Shown here: positions 28,125-37,515 of the stretch, one piece after another | Position numbering within the stretch: position 1 is the stretch's first letter | Layout: each line of letters starts with the position of its first letter | Assembly (NCBI GenBank): GCA_963801165.1 | Contig: CAWDDT010000009.1 | Location: forward strand, 256,001 to 320,000 | Origin: an uncultured bacterium | GTDB taxonomy: Bacteria > Actinomycetota > Acidimicrobiia > Spongiisociales > UBA5794 | Length of the DNA: 64,000 nt | Direction of reading: 5' to 3' | Program-made: the position numbers and the translations under genes | The notes under the pieces: model-generated | Told to the model about the DNA's origin: nothing | Seen by the model: only the letters and a program-made list of their open reading frames with translations | The model's database searches: none

Positions 28125-28595
28125 ATGGCACGGCGATCGACGTGGATAGAGTATTTCGGTGTATCTCTCGCTGTGACCTTGCTGGCCGTCGGCGTCTTGC
28201 TGATCTTTGTCAACATGAACGGCGCGATCATGGCGGACGTCGACCCGGACTCGGTGATCGTCGTGGACGGACAGATACAGGCGGTCGTCACCTGGCCGTC
28301 CGGCGGAGCGGATGTGCGAACTGGCCAGATCACGCTCCCGCTCGAGTATCAGACCGAGACCCAGATTCCTATCAACATCCTTCCCGACGGCACCGTATCG
28401 CTCGACGAGTCGAATCAAGGATTCAGACTGCCGCCTGTGCCGTTGGTGATTCTCGTGGCTGCGATTGGGGCCATGCTGGGGCTGGGGTCAGTCGGCAGCG
28501 TGCGCGGCCACGGCTACGTACCGGGCACCGGCGAATTCGGGACCATGCCACCGGTCGACGTGGATGAAGACCGCGGGTTCTACTGGCGATCGTGA
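28125..28595 (+). CDS. hypothetical membrane protein with two TM segments
   Basis: Two hydrophobic helices; plausible codon usage. Confidence 0.6.
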   Translation: MARRSTWIEYFGVSLAVTLLAVGVLLIFVNMNGAIMADVDPDSVIVVDGQIQAVVTWPSGGADVRTGQITLPLEYQTETQIPINILPDGTVSLDESNQGFRLPPVPLVILVAAIGAMLGLGSVGSVRGHGYVPGTGEFGTMPPVDVDEDRGFYWRS

Positions 28596-28622
28596 CCATC
28601 CGAGCGGTCGGCTTGCTCCCGG

Positions 28623-29511
28623 CTACTCCCGGGTCACCTCTAGCCCTGCCAGCTCTTCCAGGGCCTTGACCAGGGCGTGGTTGCCTTCGGCGCCGTGCCC
28701 GCGGCGTTGCAGACGCCCGGTACAACTGGAATACGAGGCTGGTCGCCGGTAGGGGCACCGCAAGCTCGTCCGCCGACTCGAGGACGAGGCGGAGGTCCTT
28801 CTGCTGGAGGTCGATCGTGAAACCCGGGCGCCAGTCCCGGTCGACGATCTGTGGTCCCCGGTTGGCCAGCATCCACGACCCGGCGCCGCCGCCCTTGACC
28901 GCTTCGATGGTGGCGTCGAGATCGAGCCCGCCGGCCTTGGCCAGCAGCAAAGCCTCGGAGACGGCGAGACCGTTGATCACCACCAGCACCTGATTGACCT
29001 GCTTGACCATCTGCCCGGCGCCGACCGGGCCGACGTGGGTGATGGTCTTGCCGTAAGCCTCCATGGCCGGCCGGGCCCGCTCGATGTCTGCCGCGTCGCC
29101 GCCGGCCATGATCGCCAGCGTGCCACGCTCGGCTCCTTCGCTGCCGCCGCTCACCGGGGCGTCCACCCAGGAGGCGCCGACCTCACGGACGGCCTCCGCC
29201 AACCGTCTCGTAGCAGAGGCGCTGATCGTCGAATGGTCGACCACCAGTTTCCCGTCGCCGAGACCCTGCAGCAGCCCATGGTCGGCGAAGGTGACCTCCT
29301 CGACGTCCGGGGTATCGGAGACACAGAGCATGATGATGTCGCACGAGGCGGCAAGCTCGGCCGGAGTCGCCGCGACGGCGGCTCCGGCGGCGGCGAGAGG
29401 TTCAGTGCGCTCCGGGGTCCGGTTCCAGACAGTCACGTCGAAGCCCGCTTCGAGCAGGTTGGCTGCCATCCCCCGGCCCATGATGCCCATGCCGGCATAC
29501 CCGATCTTCAT
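28623..29511 (-). CDS. 3-hydroxyisobutyrate/2-hydroxy-3-oxopropionate reductase family dehydrogenase, apparent frameshift near 28713
   Basis: GYAGMGIMG, DAPVSGG, KQVNQ, QKDL. The expected end LQRRGHGAEGNHALVKALEEL is in a shifted frame that stops at 28623. Confidence 0.85.
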
Positions 29512-29554
29512 TGTGCACCTCATTCGCTCGTTGCCGGCAAAGCTAGCGCGGTAT

Positions 29555-30211
29555 CTACGCCCCGAGGTAGCGGAGCACCGCCAACACGCGGCGGTTGTCG
29601 CTCTCCGAAACCGGCAGATCCAGCTTCATGAATATGCTGGCGATGTGCTTTTCGATGGTTCCCTCGCCGATATCGAGCTGAGCCGCGATCGCGGCGTTCG
29701 ATCGACCTTCGGCGATCAACTCGAGCACATCGTTCTCTCTAGCGGTCAGGGTGGTGGCGATATTCGCGGTTCGACTGCTGGCACCGAGCAGCTGCGCTAC
29801 GACCTCGGGGTCGAGCGCGGTCCCTCCGGCGGCAACCCGCGTGAGCGCTTCCATGAACTCGCCGACGTCTGCAACGCGATCCTTGAGGAGGTAGCCGACA
29901 CCAGCCGGGGTGTCGGCGAGCAGCTCCCTGGCATGGGTGGTCTCGATGTACTGAGAGAACAGCAGCACCGCAGTGTCGGGATGAGTCCGGCGCAGGGTGA
30001 GCGCGGCTCGAAGTCCGTCGTCGGTGAAGGTGGGGCCCATCCTGATGTCGACGATGGCGACGTCGGGCCGGTGGGCTGCAACCGCCTCCAAAAGGCCGGG
30101 GGCATCCTCAACCGCGGCCGGTACTTCGTGCCCCCGCTCCTCCAGCAGGGCCACTAACCCGTTCCGCATGATGGCCGTGTCTTCGGCGATGACGATACGC
30201 ATCGTGCTCAC
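29555..30211 (-). CDS. NarL/LuxR family response regulator
   Basis: IAED, DIRM, YLLKDRV, LTARENDVL..IAEGRSN. Confidence 0.92.
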   Translation of the reverse strand: MSTMRIVIAEDTAIMRNGLVALLEERGHEVPAAVEDAPGLLEAVAAHRPDVAIVDIRMGPTFTDDGLRAALTLRRTHPDTAVLLFSQYIETTHARELLADTPAGVGYLLKDRVADVGEFMEALTRVAAGGTALDPEVVAQLLGASSRTANIATTLTARENDVLELIAEGRSNAAIAAQLDIGEGTIEKHIASIFMKLDLPVSESDNRRVLAVLRYLGA

Positions 30212-31449
30212 GCCTCCCTGGGGAGATCTACGGTCACGACGGTGGGGCCGTTCCGCGGGCTGGCGACGTTGAGGTTTCCGTCGACTGCAGCCACCCGCCC
30301 GGCAAGGCCGGTCAAACCGCTCCCCCTGCCAACGGCAGCTCCCCCTCGTCCGTCATCGGTAACGACGATGCGGAGCCGGTCCGGCGTCCCGGTGATCGAA
30401 ACAGACGCTTGTGTAGCGCCGCTGTGACGGGCGACGTTGGCCAGAAGCTCAGCAATGACGAAGTAGGTGATCGACTCGGCCGCCTGTGATGGTCGGGAGC
30501 TCATTTCGAAGCGGAGTGTTGTCGGAATCGCGCTGCGCGAGACGAGAGTTGTCACCGCAGGCTCGAGCCCTAGATCCAGGGCGGGAGGGTGGATGCCGCG
30601 TGCCACGTTGCGGAGCTCGACCAACGCATCCTTGGCGTGACGGTGTGCGGCATCGACGAGACGGAGTGCCCCGTCGCGATCTCCATTTGTCTCCCCGGGT
30701 CGTTCGAGCTTCTCCTTCGCTTGGCCCAGTTTCATGGCGAGAGTCGCCAGCTGGGCCTGGGCTCCGTCGTGGAGGTCGCGTTCGACGCGACGCAGGGTGG
30801 CTGCAGAGTCCTCGACGACGTGGCTGCGGGAAGCCTCCAGTTGGCGAAGCCGCTCGCTCTTGCTCTGTGGTCCCAGCAATGTGGTCATCAGCTTGCGGTC
30901 TGCAGTGACGAATGCCCGCGTCACCCAGGGGGCGGCCAGGAGCATTGCTGCGCCGCTACAAAATGCGACGAGCGTTCCGGCGAGGCTCGAGATGTGGAAG
31001 ATGCCGAAGGGTGTGAATACCGGGACCGGGCTAAGGGTTACCCCCGGTTCATGGTTCCGGAACAGGCCCCACCAGAACGGGTAGGTGAGATTGACGGCCC
31101 CGAGCCACAAGATGGCCGCGTAGACGTACAGACAGGCGAACGGGGTCTTCAGCAGGAGATATGCAGATGCTCTCCAACTGACCGGGTCCTTGAGCCGCTG
31201 CCGGGCGCGGTCCGGCTCCAGCGGTGCGGGCTCTCCGATGCGGAGGGCGAGTGTCGTCGAGGCAAGCGAGCGGTACCACCTTCCGCCGGTGCGAGCCGCA
31301 CCCGCGGCGACGAGCCCGACTACAAGAGTCAGAACCAGAGCGTATGCACCCACCACCGCAGTCAGGACCGACATGATGCCCCAGAGCAGCTCCCGTATGG
31401 CGCGTTCGCTGAAGGGCTCACGGAAGACGTCGCGCAGGTGTCGGGTCAC
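30208..31449 (-). CDS. HisKA_3-type sensor histidine kinase
   Basis: ERDLHDGAQ, ELLANVARHS, DDGRGG, GSGLTGL; start uncertain. Confidence 0.9.
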   Translation of the reverse strand: MTRHLRDVFREPFSERAIRELLWGIMSVLTAVVGAYALVLTLVVGLVAAGAARTGGRWYRSLASTTLALRIGEPAPLEPDRARQRLKDPVSWRASAYLLLKTPFACLYVYAAILWLGAVNLTYPFWWGLFRNHEPGVTLSPVPVFTPFGIFHISSLAGTLVAFCSGAAMLLAAPWVTRAFVTADRKLMTTLLGPQSKSERLRQLEASRSHVVEDSAATLRRVERDLHDGAQAQLATLAMKLGQAKEKLERPGETNGDRDGALRLVDAAHRHAKDALVELRNVARGIHPPALDLGLEPAVTTLVSRSAIPTTLRFEMSSRPSQAAESITYFVIAELLANVARHSGATQASVSITGTPDRLRIVVTDDGRGGAAVGRGSGLTGLAGRVAAVDGNLNVASPRNGPTVVTVDLPREA

Positions 31450-31492
31450 CGATTCATTATTCCAGCCCGACTTTGACGTGGGCCTGTCTTTT

Positions 31493-32281
31493 TCAGGCAT
31501 CGCGCCGTTGCAGGAGTGACAGAGCCAGCAGCATCGCCAACGCGGCGTAGCCGGCGCCGACGGCAAAGCCGACCCATGGTGACAGGAACTCCGGCTGGAG
31601 GTTGGTGGCCGACACCGAGTTGCCCAAGATGGCGACGGCCCCGAACCGCCATATCTGGCCGGGGAGCGCGAGCAGCAAGTCGGGCACGACGAGTACGAAG
31701 GCGAAGTACGCGGCGACTGCCGCTCCGGTGTGGCGGATGACTGTTCCGGTCGCGAGACCGATCAAGCTCAGCAGCGCCAGGAAGGCGCCGGAAAGCACCA
31801 GAGCCCGCAGCACACCAGGCTGGCCGAGCGTGGCGTGGGGCGCCGCGCTGTTCATTGCCATTTGCGCAGGGAAGAACGTGGCGAAGGCTGTTGCCACTGA
31901 GAGACCGAAGGCGGATGCTGCGACCACCACTGCTTTGGCGGCGAGCACTACTGCCCGGCGCGGCACCGCTGTCAATGTGACCTCGATCTCGCCGTAGGCG
32001 AACTCGCTCGTCATCATCATCAAACCCATCACGGGTAGGACCAGGTAGCCCGGGATGAGCCCGGCGAGGGCGTAGTTCGTCGGATCCCAGGTGGCGATTG
32101 TCTCCGCGGTCGGGTGGATCCACTCGGCGCTGCTCTGCTGGCCGATGACGATGCCGAAGATGATGCTCGTGATCGGGAAGATGACGAGAGCCCACCTCGA
32201 TGAGCGAAGCGAGCTGAGTTTGATCCATTCGCTTCGCACTGCATCGCCGAATCCGCCACCGCCGGCATGTGTCGAATTCAC
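31493..32281 (-). CDS. ABC-2 type transporter permease
   Basis: RSEWIKLSSLRS, TSEFAYG..TLTAVPRR, C-terminal RRDA. Confidence 0.85.
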   Translation of the reverse strand: MNSTHAGGGGFGDAVRSEWIKLSSLRSSRWALVIFPITSIIFGIVIGQQSSAEWIHPTAETIATWDPTNYALAGLIPGYLVLPVMGLMMMTSEFAYGEIEVTLTAVPRRAVVLAAKAVVVAASAFGLSVATAFATFFPAQMAMNSAAPHATLGQPGVLRALVLSGAFLALLSLIGLATGTVIRHTGAAVAAYFAFVLVVPDLLLALPGQIWRFGAVAILGNSVSATNLQPEFLSPWVGFAVGAGYAALAMLLALSLLQRRDA

Positions 32282-33237
32282 CGCGGCCTCCGATCGATCG
32301 GCTCGTCCCCGTCGTCTCGCGAGGAGCCGGTCAGCTTGTGATACGCAGCCTCGAGTGTTGCGGGTATCGTCGTCAGCTCGTGGAGCGGGATGCCGGCTGA
32401 GGACGCGACATCAGCGATCTCGGCCGAACTCATGTTTCCTACCTCGAGGCAGTCGCTCGCTGTCGCACGCACAGTCGCACCTGCGTCGAGGAGCTCACGT
32501 TGCAGGGTCGATACCGCGGGGGTGCGAAGCCGGACGTTCTCACCCGAGCCCTGATTCGTCAGCTCGCGCACGGTGGTGTCGGCGAGGAGCCTTCCAGCGG
32601 CGATGACGATCACGCGGTCCGCCACCCTGGCGACCTCATCGATCAGGTGGCTGGACACGAAGATTGTTCGGCCCTGGGCGGCGAGATCGGTGAGCAGTGC
32701 TCGCAGCCAGATGATGCCGTCGGGGTCCAGCCCGTTCACGGGCTCGTCGAGTATGAGGATCTCCGGGTCGCCGAGCAGGGCCGCGGCCAGACCGATGCGT
32801 TGTGCCATCCCCAGGGAGAAGGTCCCGAGACGTCGGTTGGCCGCAGCCTTCAGGTCGACGAGGTCGAGGACCTCGTCAACGCGGGCGCCGGGTATCGCGT
32901 TCGAGCGGGCGAGCGCCGCCAGGTGGTCGCGGGCTCGTCTCCCGGGATGGAATGACCGTGTCTCGAGCAGGCTTCCGACTGTGCGGAGCGGCCGGCGGAG
33001 CTCGGCGTAGGGCCGCCCATTGACCAGCGCCTTTCCCCGGGTTGGGTGGTCGAGGCCGAGGATCAGCCGCATTGTCGTTGTCTTTCCGGATCCGTTGGGC
33101 CCCAGGAAACCGGTGATATGACCTGGCTCCAGTCCGAAATCGATCTCATCAACTGCTATGACATCGCCGAAGTGTTTGGTGAGCGCTCTGGCCCGGATCA
33201 TCAGTGTCCCTCCTGTGGTTGCCTTTTCTGGTGTCAC
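32278..33237 (-). CDS. ABC transporter ATP-binding protein
   Basis: GPNGSGKTT, FSLGMAQR, LDEPVNGLD, SSH. Confidence 0.92.
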   Translation of the reverse strand: MTPEKATTGGTLMIRARALTKHFGDVIAVDEIDFGLEPGHITGFLGPNGSGKTTTMRLILGLDHPTRGKALVNGRPYAELRRPLRTVGSLLETRSFHPGRRARDHLAALARSNAIPGARVDEVLDLVDLKAAANRRLGTFSLGMAQRIGLAAALLGDPEILILDEPVNGLDPDGIIWLRALLTDLAAQGRTIFVSSHLIDEVARVADRVIVIAAGRLLADTTVRELTNQGSGENVRLRTPAVSTLQRELLDAGATVRATASDCLEVGNMSSAEIADVASSAGIPLHELTTIPATLEAAYHKLTGSSRDDGDEPIDRRPR

Positions 33238-33289
33238 CGTATGGAGATTTCGGGTTCACCAGAAGCCGGCCACCACCACCGTCGTGACT

Positions 33290-33303
33290 GGGGGCTAACC
33301 CCC
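33290..33303. promoter_or_regulatory. possible response-regulator operator upstream of the ABC/two-component operon
   Basis: GGGGG-CTAA-CCCCC palindrome in the divergent intergenic region. Confidence 0.3.
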
Positions 33304-33395
33304 GCCGCCGGTCGTCGAAAGGTCGTGACCTGTGGCTCTACCCGGACGGGCGTGGATGCGATACGTTGCGGATCGAGCGTCACGAGGAGGTACGG

Positions 33396-33878
33396 ATGAG
33401 CGCCACGATGAAACAAGCAGCCGTCGAGTTCCTCGGCAAGAAGCGGATCGCCGTTGCCGGGGTGTCTCGCGAGAGCGGCGGTGGGCATGGGGGCAACCCG
33501 GTGTACGTCCGTCTCCGACAGCGCGGCTACGAGGTGTTTGCGGTGAACCCGAATGCCGGCGAGGTCGAAGGCGACACTGCCTACGCGAACCTGGCCGCCA
33601 TCCCCGGCGGGGTCGAAGCCGTTGTCATCGCCACCCACCCCGATGTCGCCCCGGATGTCATGAAAGAGTGCATCTCGCTCGGCATCAAGCACGTATGGAT
33701 GCACCGGGGACCGGGGGCGGGCAGCGTCTCACCGGTAGCAACCGAGCTCGGTCGTGCCGGCGGTGTCACCGTCATCGACGGCGGGTGCCCGCTGATGTTC
33801 GACCCGACCGCCGATTTCGGGCACAAGATGATCAAGGGTGTGCTGTCGCTGATCGGGAAGATGCCGCGGCAGGTATAG
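33396..33878 (+). CDS. CoA-binding domain protein
   Basis: IAVAGVSR, AVNPN, VWMHRG, GGCP; GAGGAGG RBS. Confidence 0.85.
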   Translation: MSATMKQAAVEFLGKKRIAVAGVSRESGGGHGGNPVYVRLRQRGYEVFAVNPNAGEVEGDTAYANLAAIPGGVEAVVIATHPDVAPDVMKECISLGIKHVWMHRGPGAGSVSPVATELGRAGGVTVIDGGCPLMFDPTADFGHKMIKGVLSLIGKMPRQV

Positions 33879-33887
33879 AGACCCGCA

Positions 33888-35006
33888 TCAAGCCTGCTGG
33901 CCGCCCAGCTGGAGGAACACGCCGTTGACCGCAGCGCACGCGTTGCCTTCTCCCAGGTAGAAGCTGCGTTGTAGCCAGCGCCATCTCCCGTCCTGGGGAG
34001 ACCTGCGGAATAGCCCGGAGGCTGTGTAGGTGGTGCCGTCGCTCGTGGCGACGTAGGCGAGATCGACGAGGTCGGTGGTGAGCTCGGTGGCATCGCAGAT
34101 CTCGGTTACTTCCGTCGGCGGCCCCGTTTCGGTGGCTTCGGTGCCGGCGATCAGCCGGGGATACTCCGCCGACCGGACGTCCTCGGTCATCCCGAACTCG
34201 TGGTTGAGACCCTGGTCGGTCGTTGCCTCTTCAGTGGCGATCAGCGATTTCATGATCGACAACCAGTCCTCACCGCTCGTATCAGGGAGCGCCCGCCCGG
34301 TCGCCGTCGGGTCCCATGTGTCGGTCGCCACCGACGCAGGCGCGACAAAGGCACGGGCGGACATACCGCATTGCAGATCGGGCGACGAGCCGAGTTCCCG
34401 ATCGATGGAGACCGTCTCCCCGGGTTCGAGGAGAGCAAAGACCTCGGTCGCGGTGGCGTCGAGGCCGCCATCTGCGGTACCGCGGAATAGCGCTGCGACG
34501 ACGCCGACGTTGAAGCTGTACCCGTTGGTGATGGTTCCCGTGAGCGAGGTGTCGCACCCGAGCACGAAGTCGTTGAGGAGGAATTGGTCGTTGTCGTCGC
34601 GCAGCCGTGCGGCGAGGCTCGTGATGTTCTCCAGGTCGTCATAGGCCGTGGCCGTCCCGGCGCAGGCCGCCTTCATGGAACGCAGCAGGTCGTCGGCCGT
34701 CGTGGCCCCGTCGCGGGCGCGCTCGTCGAGGATGGCCTGACGGTCGGGGAACGGTGCCGCCTCGAACTGGGCGCACACGGTGGTGGCCAGTCCGGCCAGG
34801 GGATCGATGCTGGTCGTGGTGGTAGCCGTGGTCGGTGTCGCAGTGGTGGTCACAGGCGCGGTTGTCGTGGTCACGGCCGTTGTCGTCGTCGTGGCCACGC
34901 CGTCTGTGGTTGTGGTCACGCCGGACGACGGAGAGCATGCCGTCGTCAGTACTACTAGAGCTGCGAGGATTCCAGCGATCCGGACGGAGGGCGACCTGCG
35001 GGCCAT
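33888..35006 (-). CDS. lipoprotein with a Thr-rich linker
   Basis: Lipobox TTAC, poly-Thr linker, Cys-containing external domain. Confidence 0.65.
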   Translation of the reverse strand: MARRSPSVRIAGILAALVVLTTACSPSSGVTTTTDGVATTTTTAVTTTTAPVTTTATPTTATTTTSIDPLAGLATTVCAQFEAAPFPDRQAILDERARDGATTADDLLRSMKAACAGTATAYDDLENITSLAARLRDDNDQFLLNDFVLGCDTSLTGTITNGYSFNVGVVAALFRGTADGGLDATATEVFALLEPGETVSIDRELGSSPDLQCGMSARAFVAPASVATDTWDPTATGRALPDTSGEDWLSIMKSLIATEEATTDQGLNHEFGMTEDVRSAEYPRLIAGTEATETGPPTEVTEICDATELTTDLVDLAYVATSDGTTYTASGLFRRSPQDGRWRWLQRSFYLGEGNACAAVNGVFLQLGGQQA

Positions 35007-35159
35007 GACAGGCACGTTAGACCGCTCGTTGCCGCGGGATCGGCGCCTGAGGAATCGGCACCGGTCGAGGGCACGGGGGTCAGGTTGCAACGCCGTGCCG
35101 TACTCCGGTGGCCATCCGTTGCGATTGGACCTCCCGGTCGGCGGCAGGTCCCTGGATTG

Positions 35160-35969
35160 CTATGGCGTGTCGAGCGAAGGTCGGGCCGCGGCGAAGACGG
35201 CTTTGGCAAAGCCGGACAGAGCGGCGCCGGGTTCGGCCTCGGTCCGCACCGTATCGTATGGCATCAAGGCGCCGCTCCAGCCTTCGGTGTGCCAGCGGGC
35301 ACCGTCGGGCAGGGCCGTGGTCGCGAGAGCGTCGTCGAAGGGCCAGGGGTTGGAGTAGAAGTACGGCTCGTCGCCACCCGGGTAGAACCCGAGGTTCAGC
35401 TGGGCGGGGAGCATTTCGCGGTCGTGTTCGATTGTCCTGGTACCGAACCACTCGAAGGAGAGGTCGAAGCCGTGCGGCCACAGCTGGACCGGGCTAACGC
35501 GGTCGCCGAGGGTGGCACGGTGCCTCTCGAACACCGTGGCGACTGCAGTGAAAGTGTCGAAGTAGGCGGAGGCCGCCTCGGGTTCGTACACCCGCGGTTC
35601 GTCGCTTCCGAATCGTTCCCGGTCATAGGTGTTCTCGAGGCCGTGCGCCGAACACGCCGCGATGAGCAGACGGCCCACTTCGGTAGCGGTCGGCAGTTCC
35701 TTCATGTCGATGACGCGGAGGTCGCCGTCGCTGGCCCTGAAGACGATCTCGTGTCTCTTCAAGTCCATGGCGATCGCGACTGCACCGCCATCCCCGAGGG
35801 GAATCGGGTCGGTGACGAGACCATCAGGGCGGACTGCGAGGCTGACGTGCCACCATTTGGGATGGGGGATGCCATGGGTGCGGGCGATGGTGCTGAGCAC
35901 GAGCGCATAGGCATGAAGAGTCGCCCGGGTCGGCTCGTACTCGGATAGCAGCGGTGGCAGGTTGATCAT
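35160..35969 (-). CDS. DUF5996 family protein
   Basis: TRATLH, WWHVSL, SPVQLWPHGFDL, GFYPG..PYFY. Confidence 0.75.
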   Translation of the reverse strand: MINLPPLLSEYEPTRATLHAYALVLSTIARTHGIPHPKWWHVSLAVRPDGLVTDPIPLGDGGAVAIAMDLKRHEIVFRASDGDLRVIDMKELPTATEVGRLLIAACSAHGLENTYDRERFGSDEPRVYEPEAASAYFDTFTAVATVFERHRATLGDRVSPVQLWPHGFDLSFEWFGTRTIEHDREMLPAQLNLGFYPGGDEPYFYSNPWPFDDALATTALPDGARWHTEGWSGALMPYDTVRTEAEPGAALSGFAKAVFAAARPSLDTP

Positions 35970-36057
35970 GTGATACCCCGGAATCTGGTGTGTCTCCTAA
36001 CACAACCTACCTCTCGCCGGCGTTCTCCGACGCTGCGCCGCCGTTCTGGCGCCGCGT

Positions 36058-36690
36058 ATGATCGAGCCGGTGAGAGACGCCTCGAATGAACCCAACCCCG
36101 GCGCACAGGATCTGGTGCTGATCAGGCATGGCCAGACACAATGGAGCACGGTCAGGAAGCACACCGGTCGCAGCGACGTTCCGCTCACGACCGAGGGTCG
36201 GGACCAGGCCGAGTCGCTTCGTGACATGCTGCATCGCTTTTCGTTCACCGCGGTGTTCACCAGCCCGTTGAGCAGGGCCAGGGAAACGATGAAGCTCGCC
36301 GGCTACGCGGGGACCGCCCTGGATGATCTGGCCGAGTGGGACTATGGCGAGTACGAGGGAAGGCGGACCGAGGACATCCGCCGCGAAATCCCGGGCTGGT
36401 CCGTGTGGACGCATCCGATTCGCGGCGGTGAGTCGCTTGCGGAGGTCGCTGATCGGGCAGATCGAGTCATCGCTCGTGCGCTTTCGGTCGAGGGCTCGAT
36501 CGCCCTGTTCGGACACGCACACCTGTTTCGTGTCCTCGGTGCCCGCTGGATCGGCCTCCCACCGGCCGGAGGCCGCCTCCTCACGCTCGATACCGCGACC
36601 GTCTCCGTTCTTGGTTGGGAGCGGGAACAGCGGGTTATCCGTGTCTGGAACCTGGCCGGCGGGCTCGGCCCGCTCGATCAAACAACGTGA
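36058..36690 (+). CDS. histidine phosphatase family protein
   Basis: RHGQTQWS, HTGRSD, SPLSRA, EWDYGEYEG, GHAH. Confidence 0.88.
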   Translation: MIEPVRDASNEPNPGAQDLVLIRHGQTQWSTVRKHTGRSDVPLTTEGRDQAESLRDMLHRFSFTAVFTSPLSRARETMKLAGYAGTALDDLAEWDYGEYEGRRTEDIRREIPGWSVWTHPIRGGESLAEVADRADRVIARALSVEGSIALFGHAHLFRVLGARWIGLPPAGGRLLTLDTATVSVLGWEREQRVIRVWNLAGGLGPLDQTT

Positions 36691-37040
36691 TCTGGTCTCT
36701 TATGCAGCCACACGATGAGTGCCAGCAACGGGACATGGATCGCCGGCAAGCTCTTGGCGAGCCATCGAGGCAGGTAGATATCGGTCACCGAGCCGTGATC
36801 ATCCCCCATCGACTCGGCCACCGTTGTCAGTGGGCAATGCGCCCCGTTTGCCAGGAATACGGCGCTCTCTGCCGCCACGACCGCGGTCGCGGTGGTGACG
36901 AGTGGTCCCCGCTTGCGGGTGAGCCCGGTGTAGAGCAAGTACCCAACGCACAGTTCGACCGTGAACCAGATGGCGGTGTGGATACCTTTGACCGCGGCCA
37001 AGGCGACGTTGGGACGGTCGGACCGGGTTCGCTGAGTCAC
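36678..37040 (-). CDS. small membrane protein
   Basis: KGIHTAIW, NGAHCPLT, DIYLPRWLA; start uncertain. Confidence 0.6.
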   Translation of the reverse strand: MTQRTRSDRPNVALAAVKGIHTAIWFTVELCVGYLLYTGLTRKRGPLVTTATAVVAAESAVFLANGAHCPLTTVAESMGDDHGSVTDIYLPRWLAKSLPAIHVPLLALIVWLHKRPDHVV

Positions 37041-37261
37041 CGCGCACAAGATACCTGCCGCGTCGATCGCCGCGTTGCGTCCAGACCTTGACACCCTCGG
37101 GTCCGTCTGCCAGAGTCTGTTGTGGCCGTGGACGCAACATATGAATGCGTGTGCGGCCGTTCGTTTGTGCGACCGGACACGGTCGAGAGAAGTGAGCGCT
37201 ACATGCAGATGCATCAGCTACTGCCCATCAGCGCCGCGGGCAAGGTTCACCCCGCGGCTTG

Positions 37262-37367
37262 AGACTGGATTGACGGATTGAGGAGGAGGAATCGCTCGAT
37301 TCGCAAAGTCATCGGTACTTGCGGAGCGATCGAGCGATCCGACAATCTGCAACCGTCGATTCAGTCT
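37262..37367. repeat. 106-nt long imperfect inverted repeat (MITE-like element or structured RNA)
   Basis: AGACTGGATTGACGG pairs with CCGTCGATTCAGTCT; inner ATCGCTCGAT pairs with ATCGAGCGAT. Confidence 0.5.
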
Positions 37368-37515
37368 TAGGAGACACGTTCTCCTCCATAGGACCGTCGG
37401 GTCCAGCTGAACCAGCGCCAGGCGAATGACTCGCCAGAGTCATGACGCCGTCTCTCGACACGCACGCCCGAGACATGCCCGGAGGGCTGCCGTCTCAACA
37501 CCGCAAAGGCATCTC

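Noticed and set aside
34810-34920. ACC/ACG-rich low-complexity tracts (also near 41340 and 61950)
   Set aside because: These are ordinary Thr-rich linkers of lipoproteins and membrane proteins, not repeat arrays.
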